Origin: Caulobacteraceae bacterium
GTDB taxonomy: Bacteria; Pseudomonadota; Alphaproteobacteria; Caulobacterales; Caulobacteraceae
DNA: 64,000 nt
Direction: 5' to 3'
Assembly: GCA_035541575.1 (NCBI GenBank)
Contig: DATKMZ010000036.1
Coordinates: 486 to 64,485, forward strand
In this document: piece after piece, positions 55,175-64,000 of the stretch
Layout: each line of letters begins with the position of its first letter
Numbering within the stretch: position 1 is the first letter of the stretch
The notes under the pieces: model-generated
Told to the model about the DNA's origin: nothing
What the model saw: the letters and a program-made list of their open reading frames with translations, nothing else
Database searches by the model: none
Position numbers and translations under genes: made by a program

Positions 55175-55260
55175 GGGTGGTTCGAGACGCGCCTTCGCGG
55201 GCGCCCCCCACCGCTATTCGTCATCCTGAGGAGCCACGCAGCGGCGTCTCGAAGGACGCA
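55175..55260. repeat. Palindromic repeat, family A copy 5, filling the greA-flmC spacer
   Basis: gggtggttcgagacgc..cgtcatcctgaggagc..gcgtctcgaaggacgca. Confidence 0.88.
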
Positions 55261-55734
55261 CTAGACCCACTCGATCTTTAGGATCTCGTAGGCCTTCACG
55301 CCGCCCGGGGTGTTCACCTCGACGACATCGCCGATCTCCTTGCCGATCATGGCCCTGGCGATCGGCGAGGCGATCGAGATCTTGCCCGAGCGCACGTCGG
55401 CCTCATGCTCGCCGACGATCTGGTAGCGGGCCGACTCCTCGGTGTCCTCGTCGACGACGCTGACGGTCGCTCCGAACTTCACCTGGTCGCCCGAGAGCTT
55501 CGAGACGTCGATGATCTGGGCGCGCGCGATCCGGTCCTCGATCTCGGCGATGCGGCCTTCGATCCAGCCCTGCCGCTCCTTGGCGGCGTGATACTCCGCG
55601 TTCTCCGAGAGGTCGCCATGCGAGCGCGCCTCGGCGATGGCGGAGATCGCCGTCGGCCGCTCCTGGGACTTCAAACGCTTCAGTTCCTCGTCGAGGGCTT
55701 GATAGCCCTCGGCGGTCATCGGCACCTTTTCCAT
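55261..55734 (-). CDS. greA: Transcription elongation factor GreA
   Basis: [34 protein letters not shown]. Confidence 0.97.
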   Translation of the reverse strand: MEKVPMTAEGYQALDEELKRLKSQERPTAISAIAEARSHGDLSENAEYHAAKERQGWIEGRIAEIEDRIARAQIIDVSKLSGDQVKFGATVSVVDEDTEESARYQIVGEHEADVRSGKISIASPIARAMIGKEIGDVVEVNTPGGVKAYEILKIEWV

Positions 55735-55862
55735 ACGGGTGTGGCTCGACTCGCCCTTCTTGAGAAATCTCTCCGGCCGCGGGCGCGGACGTCCGGGGGG
55801 AGAAAGACTAGGAGCGACGGCGCGGAAACTCAAGAGCCCGGTTGCGCCGCACAAAAAAGCGG

Positions 55863-56105
55863 CTAGCCGGCGAGGCGCGCGACGTCCGCGAGCAGGCTGG
55901 CGGGCGAGAAGGGCTTGGCGATGAAGCCGTTCATGCCGGCGGCGCGGTAGGCCTCGAGCTGGTGGCCCATCACGTCGGCGGTCAGCGCGATCACCGGCAT
56001 GTCGGTGAGCGGCCCGCCCAGCGCGCGGTTGCGGCGGGTCGCCTCCATCCCATCCATGCCGGGCATGTTGATGTCCATCAGCACCAGATCGGGCGGCGCG
56101 GCCGT
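55863..56105 (-). pseudogene. 5'-truncated response-regulator receiver domain
   Basis: [42 protein letters not shown] is present, but beta1-alpha2 is missing. The upstream in-frame sequence is unrelated and hits a TAG. Confidence 0.7.
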
Positions 56106-56216
56106 CTCGGCGTGAGGCGGCAGCCGAGGCGCGCCAGGCCAGCTGGCGTCGGCTCTCGCCCGGGCGCCGGCTTTGCGCTAATGGCGCCCGGGTAGTCAGC
56201 GAGCGGGGCGCCTCAT

Positions 56217-57518
56217 TTGGCCAATCTCATCGTGCGGGGCGGGCGGCCGCTCAGGGGACGCGTGATCCCCTCGGCCAACAAGAACGCGGTGCTGCCGATC
56301 CTCTGCGCGACGCTGCTCACGGACGAGCCGGTGACGCTGCGCGGCGTGCCCGACATCACCGACGCCAGGCAGATCGTCGAGCTCTTCCAGCGGCTTGGCA
56401 GCGAGGTCGACGTCGATTTCGCGAGCGGCGTCCTGAAGGTGCGCCACAACGGGCGCCTGCGCACTGAGGCCGCGCGCCTGCCGGAGGGCATGCGCTCGTC
56501 GATCATGCTGATACCCGCGCTGCTGGCGCGGCTGGGCGAGGCGCGGATCGAGGGAGACGTGAAGGGCTGCACGCTCGGCGTGCGCGAGATCGACCCGCAC
56601 ATCGAGGTATTCCAGACCTTTGGGGTCTCGGTGACGCCTGAGCGGGGCGCGCTGGCGCTCTCAAATCGTGGAACCAACGGCCGTCCGTTCGCCGCCGCCA
56701 GCCACTGGCTCGACTACGCGTCGGTGACGACGACCGAGAACTTCGTGCTCTGCGCGGCGACGGCCGAGGGAACCTCGACGCTGACAAACGCCGCCTCTGA
56801 GCCGCACGTGCAGGAGTTCTGCGCCTTCCTCTTGAAGATGGGCGCCAAGATCGAAGGCGTCGGCACGAGCCGGCTCGTGGTCGAAGGGGTGGAGCGGCTC
56901 TCGGGCGCCGAGCATGACTTCACCGAAGACTTCCACGAGATCGCGACCTTCCTGGCGCTGGGGGCGATCACCGGCGGTGAGGTGGCCGTGCGCAACGCCC
57001 GTCCCGACCAGTTCCCGCTGATCGACCGCACGTTCGGCAAGTTCGGCGTCGAGGTGAGCCACGAGAACGGCTGGTCGTCGGCGCGCGCGCCGGGACCGCT
57101 GAAGGTGGCGCACCCGTTCACGGCGTACATCCTGCCCAAGGTCGAGGCCGCGCCCTGGCCCTACCTGCCGGTCGACCTCTTGCCGATCTTCATCGCGCTG
57201 GGCGCCCGCGCCGAGGGCGAGATGCTGTACTGGAACAAGGTCTACGAAGGCGCGCTGGGCTGGACCTCCGAGCTCGCCAAGTTCGGCGCCCACGCGCTCT
57301 CGTGCGATCCGCACCGCGTGATCACCTTCGGCGGCAAGCCGCTCGCGCCGGCGACGGTCGAGAGCCCCTACATCATCCGCGTCGCGATCGCGCTTCTGAT
57401 GCTGGCCGCCAGCATCGAGGGCGCCTCGAAGATCCTCAATGCCGACCCGATCCGCAGAGCGCATCCGCGCTTCGTCGAGAACCTGATCGCCCTGGGCGCC
57501 GACGTGGAGTGGGCGTAG
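56217..57518 (+). CDS. murA: Divergent UDP-N-acetylglucosamine 1-carboxyvinyltransferase (MurA paralog)
   Basis: [26 protein letters not shown] (catalytic Cys and Arg), [24 protein letters not shown] start. Confidence 0.85.
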   Translation: MANLIVRGGRPLRGRVIPSANKNAVLPILCATLLTDEPVTLRGVPDITDARQIVELFQRLGSEVDVDFASGVLKVRHNGRLRTEAARLPEGMRSSIMLIPALLARLGEARIEGDVKGCTLGVREIDPHIEVFQTFGVSVTPERGALALSNRGTNGRPFAAASHWLDYASVTTTENFVLCAATAEGTSTLTNAASEPHVQEFCAFLLKMGAKIEGVGTSRLVVEGVERLSGAEHDFTEDFHEIATFLALGAITGGEVAVRNARPDQFPLIDRTFGKFGVEVSHENGWSSARAPGPLKVAHPFTAYILPKVEAAPWPYLPVDLLPIFIALGARAEGEMLYWNKVYEGALGWTSELAKFGAHALSCDPHRVITFGGKPLAPATVESPYIIRVAIALLMLAASIEGASKILNADPIRRAHPRFVENLIALGADVEWA

Positions 57519-57600
57519 CCCCTTTACCCATGAGGCTGCGGCCGTCCGCCAAGCGGACGTTGCGAAGCTCCGGAGCAATGGGCGGTTCTCTGGCGGACGC

Positions 57601-58452
57601 TCAGAGCACGGGCAGGCAGATTTCCGTCACCAGGTCCGCCGGCGCGGTCGTGTGCGGATCGTTCAGGTAAATCTCGATGATCGGCCCGTCGCGACGACGC
57701 TCGCCGCTCGTCGCCAACCAGTCGAAGAGTTCAGCGTAGGCCGCGCTGAGGCCTGCGTAGGGGCCCCGAAGGAGCACAACGGCGTGGCGCCCGCCGGGCA
57801 GGGTCCCTACCTGCACCTCGTCATCGCCATCGACGTCTGCGGCCACGCTGATGCCGGCTTCGGAGCGCAGCTCAGTCGCCGGGACCGTGTTGGCGTCGTC
57901 GAGGTAAACGGCGACACCGACAGCGTGGGCGCCGGTGAGGCCGCGGGGCGCCGCCCAGGCGTAGAGCCGTTCGAAGACAGACGCGATCTTGTGGTGCGGG
58001 CCCTTGTGCGTGAGGTACGCGAACCGCATCGGCGCACGATCCTCTATGGCGACGGCCATCGGTGTCTCCTTTCCGTCCGGTCGGCGGGAAGCGCTTCTGG
58101 CATGCAGGCCACCTCGGGCTCGAAAGGCCGAAGGCGTCTCGCGGTAGGCCGCCTTGAACGCCCGACCGAAAGCGGCCAGCGAGCCGTACCCAGCGCCTCG
58201 AGCGACCCGGGTCATCGGCGCGGTCGTGGTCAGAAGCTGGACTGCGGCCCTGTCCAGTCGCAACCGGGACAGGGTCTCGGCCGCGGTCTCGCCCCACAAT
58301 GCGCGGTAGATGCGGTGGAAGTGGTAGGGCGACAGGCAGGCGACGCCAGCCAGTCGGTCGAGGTCGAGCGGATCGTCCAGGTGGGCGGCGATATGCGCGG
58401 CGACCCTTCCCAGGCGACGTACGTAGCTTTCAGTGGTCGCTCGGCGAGGCAT
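57601..58452 (-). CDS. AraC-family regulator with GyrI-like effector domain
   Basis: LDLDRLAGVACLSPYHFHRIY, VARGAGY.S..AFGRAFK, C-terminal EIYLNDP..TEICLP. Confidence 0.92.
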   Translation of the reverse strand: MPRRATTESYVRRLGRVAAHIAAHLDDPLDLDRLAGVACLSPYHFHRIYRALWGETAAETLSRLRLDRAAVQLLTTTAPMTRVARGAGYGSLAAFGRAFKAAYRETPSAFRARGGLHARSASRRPDGKETPMAVAIEDRAPMRFAYLTHKGPHHKIASVFERLYAWAAPRGLTGAHAVGVAVYLDDANTVPATELRSEAGISVAADVDGDDEVQVGTLPGGRHAVVLLRGPYAGLSAAYAELFDWLATSGERRRDGPIIEIYLNDPHTTAPADLVTEICLPVL

Positions 58453-58522
58453 TGCGGCAGCTTAGCCGCCAACACATTGATCTGGGTTGCGCAATTGGCC
58501 GTCCTGCCACGCCCGGTCCGCT

Positions 58523-59650
58523 TCATGAAGGGGTGACGCACCCGGCGAGCCCCACGCGCAGCGCGGGCTCGGGAACCCGGGTCCAGGCGGCCAGGCGAGC
58601 GAGTGCGGGCGGGAAGAGTCCGAGGGCGAACAGGGCCGGCTGTGGACCGGGCCAAGCTTCCAGGCGCCGCTGCAGCCAGCGCGCCAGCCCGACCGGCCGG
58701 GCAATGTCGGCATGCAGCCGCGCGTGATAGGCGCCGGCGTCGGCGCCTTCCAGGACCGCGCGCGCCGCCAGGCTGGCGCTGTGGAGGGCGATGGACATGC
58801 CGTCGCCCGAGAAGGACGCGATCACCGCCGCCTGGTCGCCGAGCCGGAACAGGCTTGGCCAGCCTCCGCCGCTACGGTGCACGAAACCGAAGGGAACATC
58901 GGAAATCGTCAAGGGCCGCGCGGATAGTTCGACCGCGTCGCCAAGCCGCGCCTGCAGGTGCGGCTCGGCGAGCAGGCGGCCCAGCAGCAGGGGCCAGGTT
59001 CGGCCAGCCGCATCGAAGCGCTCGCGGCGCACCAGCAGACACAGGTTGGCGACGCCGTCTTCGACGAGTTGCAGACCCGCATAGCCGCCGTCGAAGACGA
59101 CGATCTCCACGAAGCCTTGCAAGGCGGCGCGCATCGTCTCGCTCAGGCGGAAGTAGCTCTTGAAACCGATCATGCCCTGGTCGGCGCCCGAGACGTCGCG
59201 GCGCGCGCCACGCACGTCGTGCTTGCCGCTGGCGAGCAGGGTGGTGGACGCCTCGAGCTCTCCGACGCTGGTCTCCAGACGGCCCGGCGCGATGCTCCTG
59301 ACAGCAACGCTGCGCTCGACGCACGCGCCGGACCGCTCGGCGTGGCCCAGGACCGCCTCGTCCAGCCGCCGGCGCGTCAGGCCCAGGGCGGTGAAGGGCA
59401 GCGGCGAGACGACCGAGCGTCGCCCCGAGATCAGGCGAACGGCGCCGATCCGGGCTCCGCCCAGCGGGCCGAGGTCGAGCCCGATCGCAGTCAGATATGC
59501 CTGCGCCTCGGCGGATAAGAACTCGCCGCAGATCTTGTCGCGCGGCTCGCGCTCGCGTTCGAGCAACAGCGGCCGGACGCCGGCCCGGGCGAGGATGGCG
59601 GCGGCCGACCCACCGGCCAAGCCGCCGCCCACGATCACCACGTCCGTCAC
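58523..59650 (-). CDS. FAD-dependent oxidoreductase/monooxygenase (geranylgeranyl reductase-like)
   Basis: VGGGLAG, DKICGEFLS, LGDQAAVI.SFSGDGMS.AL.S. GTGA-coupled to the methyltransferase gene. Confidence 0.88.
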   Translation of the reverse strand: MTDVVIVGGGLAGGSAAAILARAGVRPLLLEREREPRDKICGEFLSAEAQAYLTAIGLDLGPLGGARIGAVRLISGRRSVVSPLPFTALGLTRRRLDEAVLGHAERSGACVERSVAVRSIAPGRLETSVGELEASTTLLASGKHDVRGARRDVSGADQGMIGFKSYFRLSETMRAALQGFVEIVVFDGGYAGLQLVEDGVANLCLLVRRERFDAAGRTWPLLLGRLLAEPHLQARLGDAVELSARPLTISDVPFGFVHRSGGGWPSLFRLGDQAAVIASFSGDGMSIALHSASLAARAVLEGADAGAYHARLHADIARPVGLARWLQRRLEAWPGPQPALFALGLFPPALARLAAWTRVPEPALRVGLAGCVTPS

Positions 59651-60357
59651 CTGACCCGTCCGACGCAGATGCGGAAGGGGAAGCGCCAGTCGATGGCGGC
59701 GCTTTGCGGCGCGATCCCAGCGGCGGCGAGCAGGCGCAGCCAGTCGGCCCGCGTGAAGGCGCGCGCCACTGAAATTCTTCCGTCGTGCCGCACCATCCGG
59801 TGAAGCAAGGTCGCCGCCGAGAGGACGGTGAACCCATAGTAGGCAATGGGGTGACGGTGGAGATCGTTGATGAACCACCCCCGCCGGGCGTTGCCTTCCA
59901 TCCAACCAATGAAACGGACGAGTTGGTCGTCGCTCATGTGATGGGCCACGAGCGAGCTGACGACGAAGTCGATCGGCTCGCCTGGCGCGTAGTCGAAGAC
60001 GTCGCCGACGAGATAGTCGATCCGAAAGGCAGGATCGGTCGCCGCGGCGGCGGCCGTCGCGCTCCACGGGCTCAGGTCGATGCCGGTCAGGCGCGGCCGC
60101 AGGCCCCTCCTCGTGGCCCAGCGGTGGATGGCGCGCAGCATGTCGCCCTGACCATAACCGACGTCGAGCAGCGTGAACGAGGCGCCGCGCTGCAGGGAGC
60201 GCGTCGCCCCCGCGAGCCACCGCAGGGTGGGCGGTCGCGCCAGAGTGAGGGTGTTGGCCCTTGCGAGGGAGTCGAGGCAGGCGGTCAGATCCTGCTCGGC
60301 GACGCCGGGCGCCTCCATCTCCTCCAGTTCGCTGGACCGGGCGGCGAAGCTGCGCAC
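59647..60357 (-). CDS. SAM-dependent methyltransferase
   Basis: LLDVGYGQGD, GIDLSP, SSLVAHH, INDLHR, HDGRISVARAF. Confidence 0.88.
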   Translation of the reverse strand: MRSFAARSSELEEMEAPGVAEQDLTACLDSLARANTLTLARPPTLRWLAGATRSLQRGASFTLLDVGYGQGDMLRAIHRWATRRGLRPRLTGIDLSPWSATAAAAATDPAFRIDYLVGDVFDYAPGEPIDFVVSSLVAHHMSDDQLVRFIGWMEGNARRGWFINDLHRHPIAYYGFTVLSAATLLHRMVRHDGRISVARAFTRADWLRLLAAAGIAPQSAAIDWRFPFRICVGRVR

Positions 60358-60365
60358 GGCGACGC

Positions 60366-61466
60366 TCAGGCCAGGACCTTGAAACGAAAGCTCTCCGCCG
60401 CGAGGCCGGGTCCGAAGGCGACGGCGAAGCCGTTGCCGCCCTCCGCGCCGGCGGTTCGGGCGCCGCCCAGGATCCGCTTCAGCACGAACATCAGGGTCGC
60501 CGATGACATGTTGCCGAAGTCCCGCAGCACGCTTCGCGACCAGCCCAGCATCTGGGGCGCCAGCTCGAACGCGGTCTCCACTGCGTCAAGGATCGTCCGA
60601 CCGCCGGCATGGACCGCCCAGACGTCGTAGTCCTCCGGCCGGGAGCCCCTCAGCAGGCCGGCGTCGTCGTTCCTCACGCTCTCCGCCGCCAGCGCCCGGG
60701 CGATGCGGCCAGGCACCTCGCCGGAGAGATGCATGTCGAACCCGAAGTCGCCGATCCTCCAGGTGATCGCCTCCGCGGTGTCGGCGATGGCGGCCGCGCG
60801 AAAATCGACCAGGGCGACCCCTCGCTCCTCGGCCGTGACCAACGCGGCCGAGCAGCCGTCGCCGAACAGCAGCATCGCCAGGATCTTCTGCAGGTCGCCC
60901 GCCGGCTGGAAGTGCAGCGTGCAGAGCTCCAGGTTGACCACCAGCACCCGAGCGCTTGGCTCGGAGCGCACGAAATGGTGGGCGAGGCGTAGCGCGTTGA
61001 CCGCCGCGTAGCAGCCCATGAAGCCGACGACCGTTCTTTCCACGCCTGGGTTCAGGCCCGCCGCCTCGACGATCAGCTGGTCGAGACCTGGCGCGATGAA
61101 GCCCGTGCAGGACGCCACCACCAGGTGCGTGATCCGTTCTCGCTCGCCTTCCAGGCCAAGGTCGTCCAAGGCCCGCATCGCGAGCCGCGGCGCGCTGACC
61201 TCGAAGCGCCGCATGCGCTCGGCCGTCGAAGGCGACCCGTCGAGCGAATAGAACCCGTCGGTGTCCCCGATCACCCTGCCGCCCTGCCTCACCGGCTCGA
61301 AATACGAGAACCGATGGTCGATGCCGGCGCGATCGGCCATGCGCCGGAACAGCGCTTGTTCGCGCGGCTTGCTCATGGACTGAACGATGTAGTCCCGGAA
61401 CGCGGCGTGGATGTCATGCGGGGGTGTCGCCGTCCCGATCGCATTGACGTGCGCGGTCGTCACCAT
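60366..61466 (-). CDS. Type III polyketide synthase
   Basis: Cys-His-Asn triad in FMGCYAA, WAVHAGG and FGNMSS; LFGDG; AFGPGL. Confidence 0.95.
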   Translation of the reverse strand: MVTTAHVNAIGTATPPHDIHAAFRDYIVQSMSKPREQALFRRMADRAGIDHRFSYFEPVRQGGRVIGDTDGFYSLDGSPSTAERMRRFEVSAPRLAMRALDDLGLEGERERITHLVVASCTGFIAPGLDQLIVEAAGLNPGVERTVVGFMGCYAAVNALRLAHHFVRSEPSARVLVVNLELCTLHFQPAGDLQKILAMLLFGDGCSAALVTAEERGVALVDFRAAAIADTAEAITWRIGDFGFDMHLSGEVPGRIARALAAESVRNDDAGLLRGSRPEDYDVWAVHAGGRTILDAVETAFELAPQMLGWSRSVLRDFGNMSSATLMFVLKRILGGARTAGAEGGNGFAVAFGPGLAAESFRFKVLA

Positions 61467-61982
61467 GACGGCTCCAGTTCAGCGTTACGGTGACAAGGCC
61501 CGCAGGAATGGCTCCGGGCTTCGGAGGGCGCTAATCACCTACCCCCGGGTCTGCAGTTAATTCCCCCGGTGCGCATTCGGTTCAATGTCTACTTTCCCTG
61601 GACCGACTGGCCAAGCGCTCAGAATCGGTGGTCTCCCAGACGAGGGCCTGTCCGGACGTTCGGGCTCCCATGGCTCAGCTTGACTCGATGGTGTGTCGGC
61701 CCCGCGCACCGAAGCGTCCGATCAGGCATCGGTATCAGCCGACAGAACAGAGTTAATGACCATAAACCAAAGAGCGATTCGCGTCTTCAATCGGGCTGTA
61801 TAGGTTCCATCCGGTGCGCCGAAAATCACGTCTGAACTGATCGTCGGAATTGGTATCATCCATACTCGCGGACAATACGAAACTGTTGTACCCTCATCAG
61901 GGACTAAACTTTCGTGGTAACCAAGTGTAAGGACATTGCACTTAGAAGCACGCCTCTTCACATCACCTGGAGGGGTGAACCT

Positions 61983-62999
61983 ATGCCGAAGGCATCAAGA
62001 TCCAAGCCGAGCGTACGCGCTTCCGGGCGCGCCACGGCCGCTCGGCCTGCCCGCTCTCTCAAATCCGGTCAGCCTGCGAAGAGGCGGGCGGCGCCGGCGA
62101 AGTCCGCCACGAAGGCGACGAAGCCCGTGAAACCGACAAAAGCCGTTCCGGCGGTCAGATCTGCGAAGGCCGCTGCGAGACCGACCGCTCGAAAGCCGGT
62201 TCGCGCGGCCAAGCCGGCCCCGAAGACCGTTCGGAGAGCCAAGCCCGCCAAATCCAGCGTGCAGCGGCGCGTTGCGGCCAAGCCGGCCAAGGCGCCGGTC
62301 GCCAAGAAAGCGACCAAGGTGACCAAAGTGGCGAAACCGGCGAAGGCCGCACGTCCAGTGTCGAAGGCCAAGCCAGCCAAGAGCGCCGCGTTGAAGCGTA
62401 GCGCCACGGTCAAGGCGCGCCCGGTGGTCAAGCGTTCCAACGCAACCAAGACGCCCGCCAAGTCCGCTAAGACCATGGCGCCCAAGGCCAAGGCGGCCAA
62501 GGCCGCCACCGCTCGCAAGGCGGCGAAACCGTCAGCCAAGCCCCAGGCGGCGCGCCGCGCCGCCCCGGCGAAGGCCTCGCGACTTGTCGCCAAGGCCCGG
62601 TCAGCGAAGAAGACGGTGAAGGCGACCTCGGCGCGCAAGGCCGTCAAGCGAGCCGCCCCGGCCAAGGTGGCCAGGTCGGCGCCGAGCCGCGCGACCAAGG
62701 TGGTCAAGGCGGCGAAGGCCGCCAAGGCGGCGATGGCGGCGAAGGTCGCGAAGTCGGCCAAGGCCGCCAAGTCGCTGCGCGCGACGAGGAAGGGCAAGGT
62801 CGTCAAACTGACCAAGGCGACGACCAAGTCGCCTAAGTCCGCCAAGAAGCCTGCCATGCGTAAGCCCGCGATGCGTAAGCCTGCGATGCGCAAGGCGGCG
62901 AAAGCGGTCGCGGTCTCCAGGCCGGTCAAGCCAGCCAAGCCCAAGCTGACGAAGGTCAGCAAGACCGCGAGTCGGGCGAAGGCCAAGAAGGCAGCCTAG
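61983..62999 (+). CDS. Histone H1-like Lys/Ala/Pro/Arg-rich basic protein
   Basis: SD ggaggg before ATG 61983. 338 aa of AKPA/KAAK-type repeats with AAG/GCC codon bias in this frame. Confidence 0.8.
   Translation: MPKASRSKPSVRASGRATAARPARSLKSGQPAKRRAAPAKSATKATKPVKPTKAVPAVRSAKAAARPTARKPVRAAKPAPKTVRRAKPAKSSVQRRVAAKPAKAPVAKKATKVTKVAKPAKAARPVSKAKPAKSAALKRSATVKARPVVKRSNATKTPAKSAKTMAPKAKAAKAATARKAAKPSAKPQAARRAAPAKASRLVAKARSAKKTVKATSARKAVKRAAPAKVARSAPSRATKVVKAAKAAKAAMAAKVAKSAKAAKSLRATRKGKVVKLTKATTKSPKSAKKPAMRKPAMRKPAMRKAAKAVAVSRPVKPAKPKLTKVSKTASRAKAKKAA
62847..62891 (+). repeat. Three tandem 15-bp units encoding KPAMR
   Basis: aagcctgccatgcgt aagcccgcgatgcgt aagcctgcgatgcgc. Confidence 0.9.
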
Positions 63000-63005
63000 C
63001 GACGG

Positions 63006-63034
63006 GGAGGCGGCGACACACGCTCGCCGCCTCC
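63006..63034. terminator. GC-rich hairpin after the H1-like gene, between convergent genes
   Basis: ggaggcggcga-cacacgc-tcgccgcctcc; no clear U-tract. Confidence 0.55.
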
Positions 63035-63163
63035 TGTCGCTCAAGCGAACGGCGCTTCAGCTGGCGGTCAAGCATCTGGGGCTGGTCGCCGTGGCCGCGG
63101 TCCGCTCCGCGCCGCCTTCGGCGACCGCCTCAGGCGACGCCGCGCCGCCACGCGAGCCCGGTC

Positions 63164-63805
63164 CTAGCGGCAGCGCTCGTCGGTCGAGCGGCCGCCGCAG
63201 AGGTAGACCTGGTCGGCCAGATACCGGTCGGCTTCGGCCTCCGTCTTGAGTAGCGCCGCGGCGCGCGCCTCCTGGCCCTTCGGGAAGCTCAGCAGGTCGC
63301 CGTTGGATGAAGGCGGCACGCGCAACTCCCATGAGATCGAGTAGAGCGCATCGTCGCCAGCGATCACCTTGTAGAAGAGGTGCACGCCGAAGGCCTGGCC
63401 GCGCTCGGTCCCGCAGCGGACCTGGCCGTAAGCGACCCTGAGGCCGCCTTCCAGCTGCGGCGTCGGCCCTGACACCCCGACGCCCGCGCAAGCGCCGCCA
63501 ACGTGGGCGTAGATCGTCTTCAGGAACGCGCTCGGGTCCGCGCCACGGTTGGCGACGAACGCCTGGTCGGTCAGCATCTCGCTGTAGTCGTCAACGGCGT
63601 GGGCGGCCGGAACCTGCTCATGGATCCAGCCCTGCGGCCCCGACTTGTCGGTGATCCGCTTCCATGGCGCGCCAGGGTAGGGGGTCATCACCAGCCGCTC
63701 CCCGGCCGCGAAGGCCGCGCTGGCCGAGAGCGTCAGCGCCGCCGCCAACAACAGGGTCGCCCATCCGCGCAAGTTCACCCTCCGGCGGAGGTCGGACCGG
63801 CTCAT
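63164..63805 (-). CDS. Secreted hypothetical protein
   Basis: Signal peptide ending AAFA; four Cys. Confidence 0.7.
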   Translation of the reverse strand: MSRSDLRRRVNLRGWATLLLAAALTLSASAAFAAGERLVMTPYPGAPWKRITDKSGPQGWIHEQVPAAHAVDDYSEMLTDQAFVANRGADPSAFLKTIYAHVGGACAGVGVSGPTPQLEGGLRVAYGQVRCGTERGQAFGVHLFYKVIAGDDALYSISWELRVPPSSNGDLLSFPKGQEARAAALLKTEAEADRYLADQVYLCGGRSTDERCR

Positions 63806-63872
63806 GCGGCCCCCGCTTGCGTGCTGATACGTCGTCTGCAGCCAAGCTCCAAACCGCGCCCCCCTACCTCCG

Positions 63873-64000
63873 TCAGGCGGCGAAGGCGGCGCGGAAGTTC
63901 TCCGGGGTCACGAAGCCCACGTACTCGGCCTGCATCTCCGCGGTCAGCACCTCGATCAGCACACGGTCCTCGAGCCAGAACTCGATCACGCCGAACTTGC
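63873..64000 (-). CDS. C-terminus of a hypothetical protein (5' part outside the window)
   Basis: KFGVIEFWLEDRVLIEVLTAEMQAEYVGFVTPENFRAAFAA then stop. Confidence 0.65.
   Translation of the reverse strand, partial: KFGVIEFWLEDRVLIEVLTAEMQAEYVGFVTPENFRAAFAA

Noticed and set aside
10378-55260. Repeats considered as a CRISPR array or IS ends
   Set aside because: Dispersed single copies with internal palindromes, no regular repeat-spacer periodicity, and no cas or transposase genes in the window.
61750-61770. Possible CtrA site (gagttaatgaccataaacc)
   Set aside because: Does not fit TTAA-N7-TTAA on either strand; only one half-site.
62069-62986. 305-aa hydrophobic minus-strand ORF resembling a membrane protein
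   Set aside because: Exact antisense of the Lys/Ala-rich gene (AAG/GCC read as CTT/GGC). The plus frame has the SD and a downstream hairpin.
1-64000. tRNA, rRNA, tmRNA, SRP RNA, integrase or prophage
   Set aside because: No recognisable signatures by eye. tRNAscan-SE or Infernal would be needed to exclude small RNAs formally.

Overview
A very GC-rich (roughly 70% by eye) alphaproteobacterial chromosome segment, most consistent with Caulobacteraceae (Phenylobacterium/Caulobacter-like). That assignment is inferred from cysE-DUF3126, pseG/pseH/flmC-type flagellin glycosylation genes, NadQ-type boxes and palindromic intergenic repeats. I found about 75 CDSs and no rRNA, tRNA, CRISPR array, integrase or transposase. 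The most notable region is 1-7995, which holds three operons: (i) ECF sigma / zinc anti-sigma / subtilase / TorF-like porin; (ii) a Cyc2-like cytochrome-porin plus a periplasmic cytochrome c; (iii) a TIGR03118 protein with a double-glycine-type leader plus a FapD-like C39 peptidase and a FapF-like beta-barrel. All three are preceded by the same bipartite motif TTGAACC-N15-GG(A/T)A(C/T)(T/C), suggesting one ECF regulon. Other points of interest: a NadQ-boxed nadA-nadB-nadC operon carrying GyrI-like, macrodomain and site-2 protease genes; a palindromic repeat that appears to supply the N-terminus of an ECF42 sigma factor; a candidate attenuator upstream of phoH; a type III PKS / methyltransferase / flavoprotein cassette; a truncated receiver-domain relic; and a 338-aa histone H1-like protein with no acidic residues. 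All family calls come from motif recognition by eye, not database searches.
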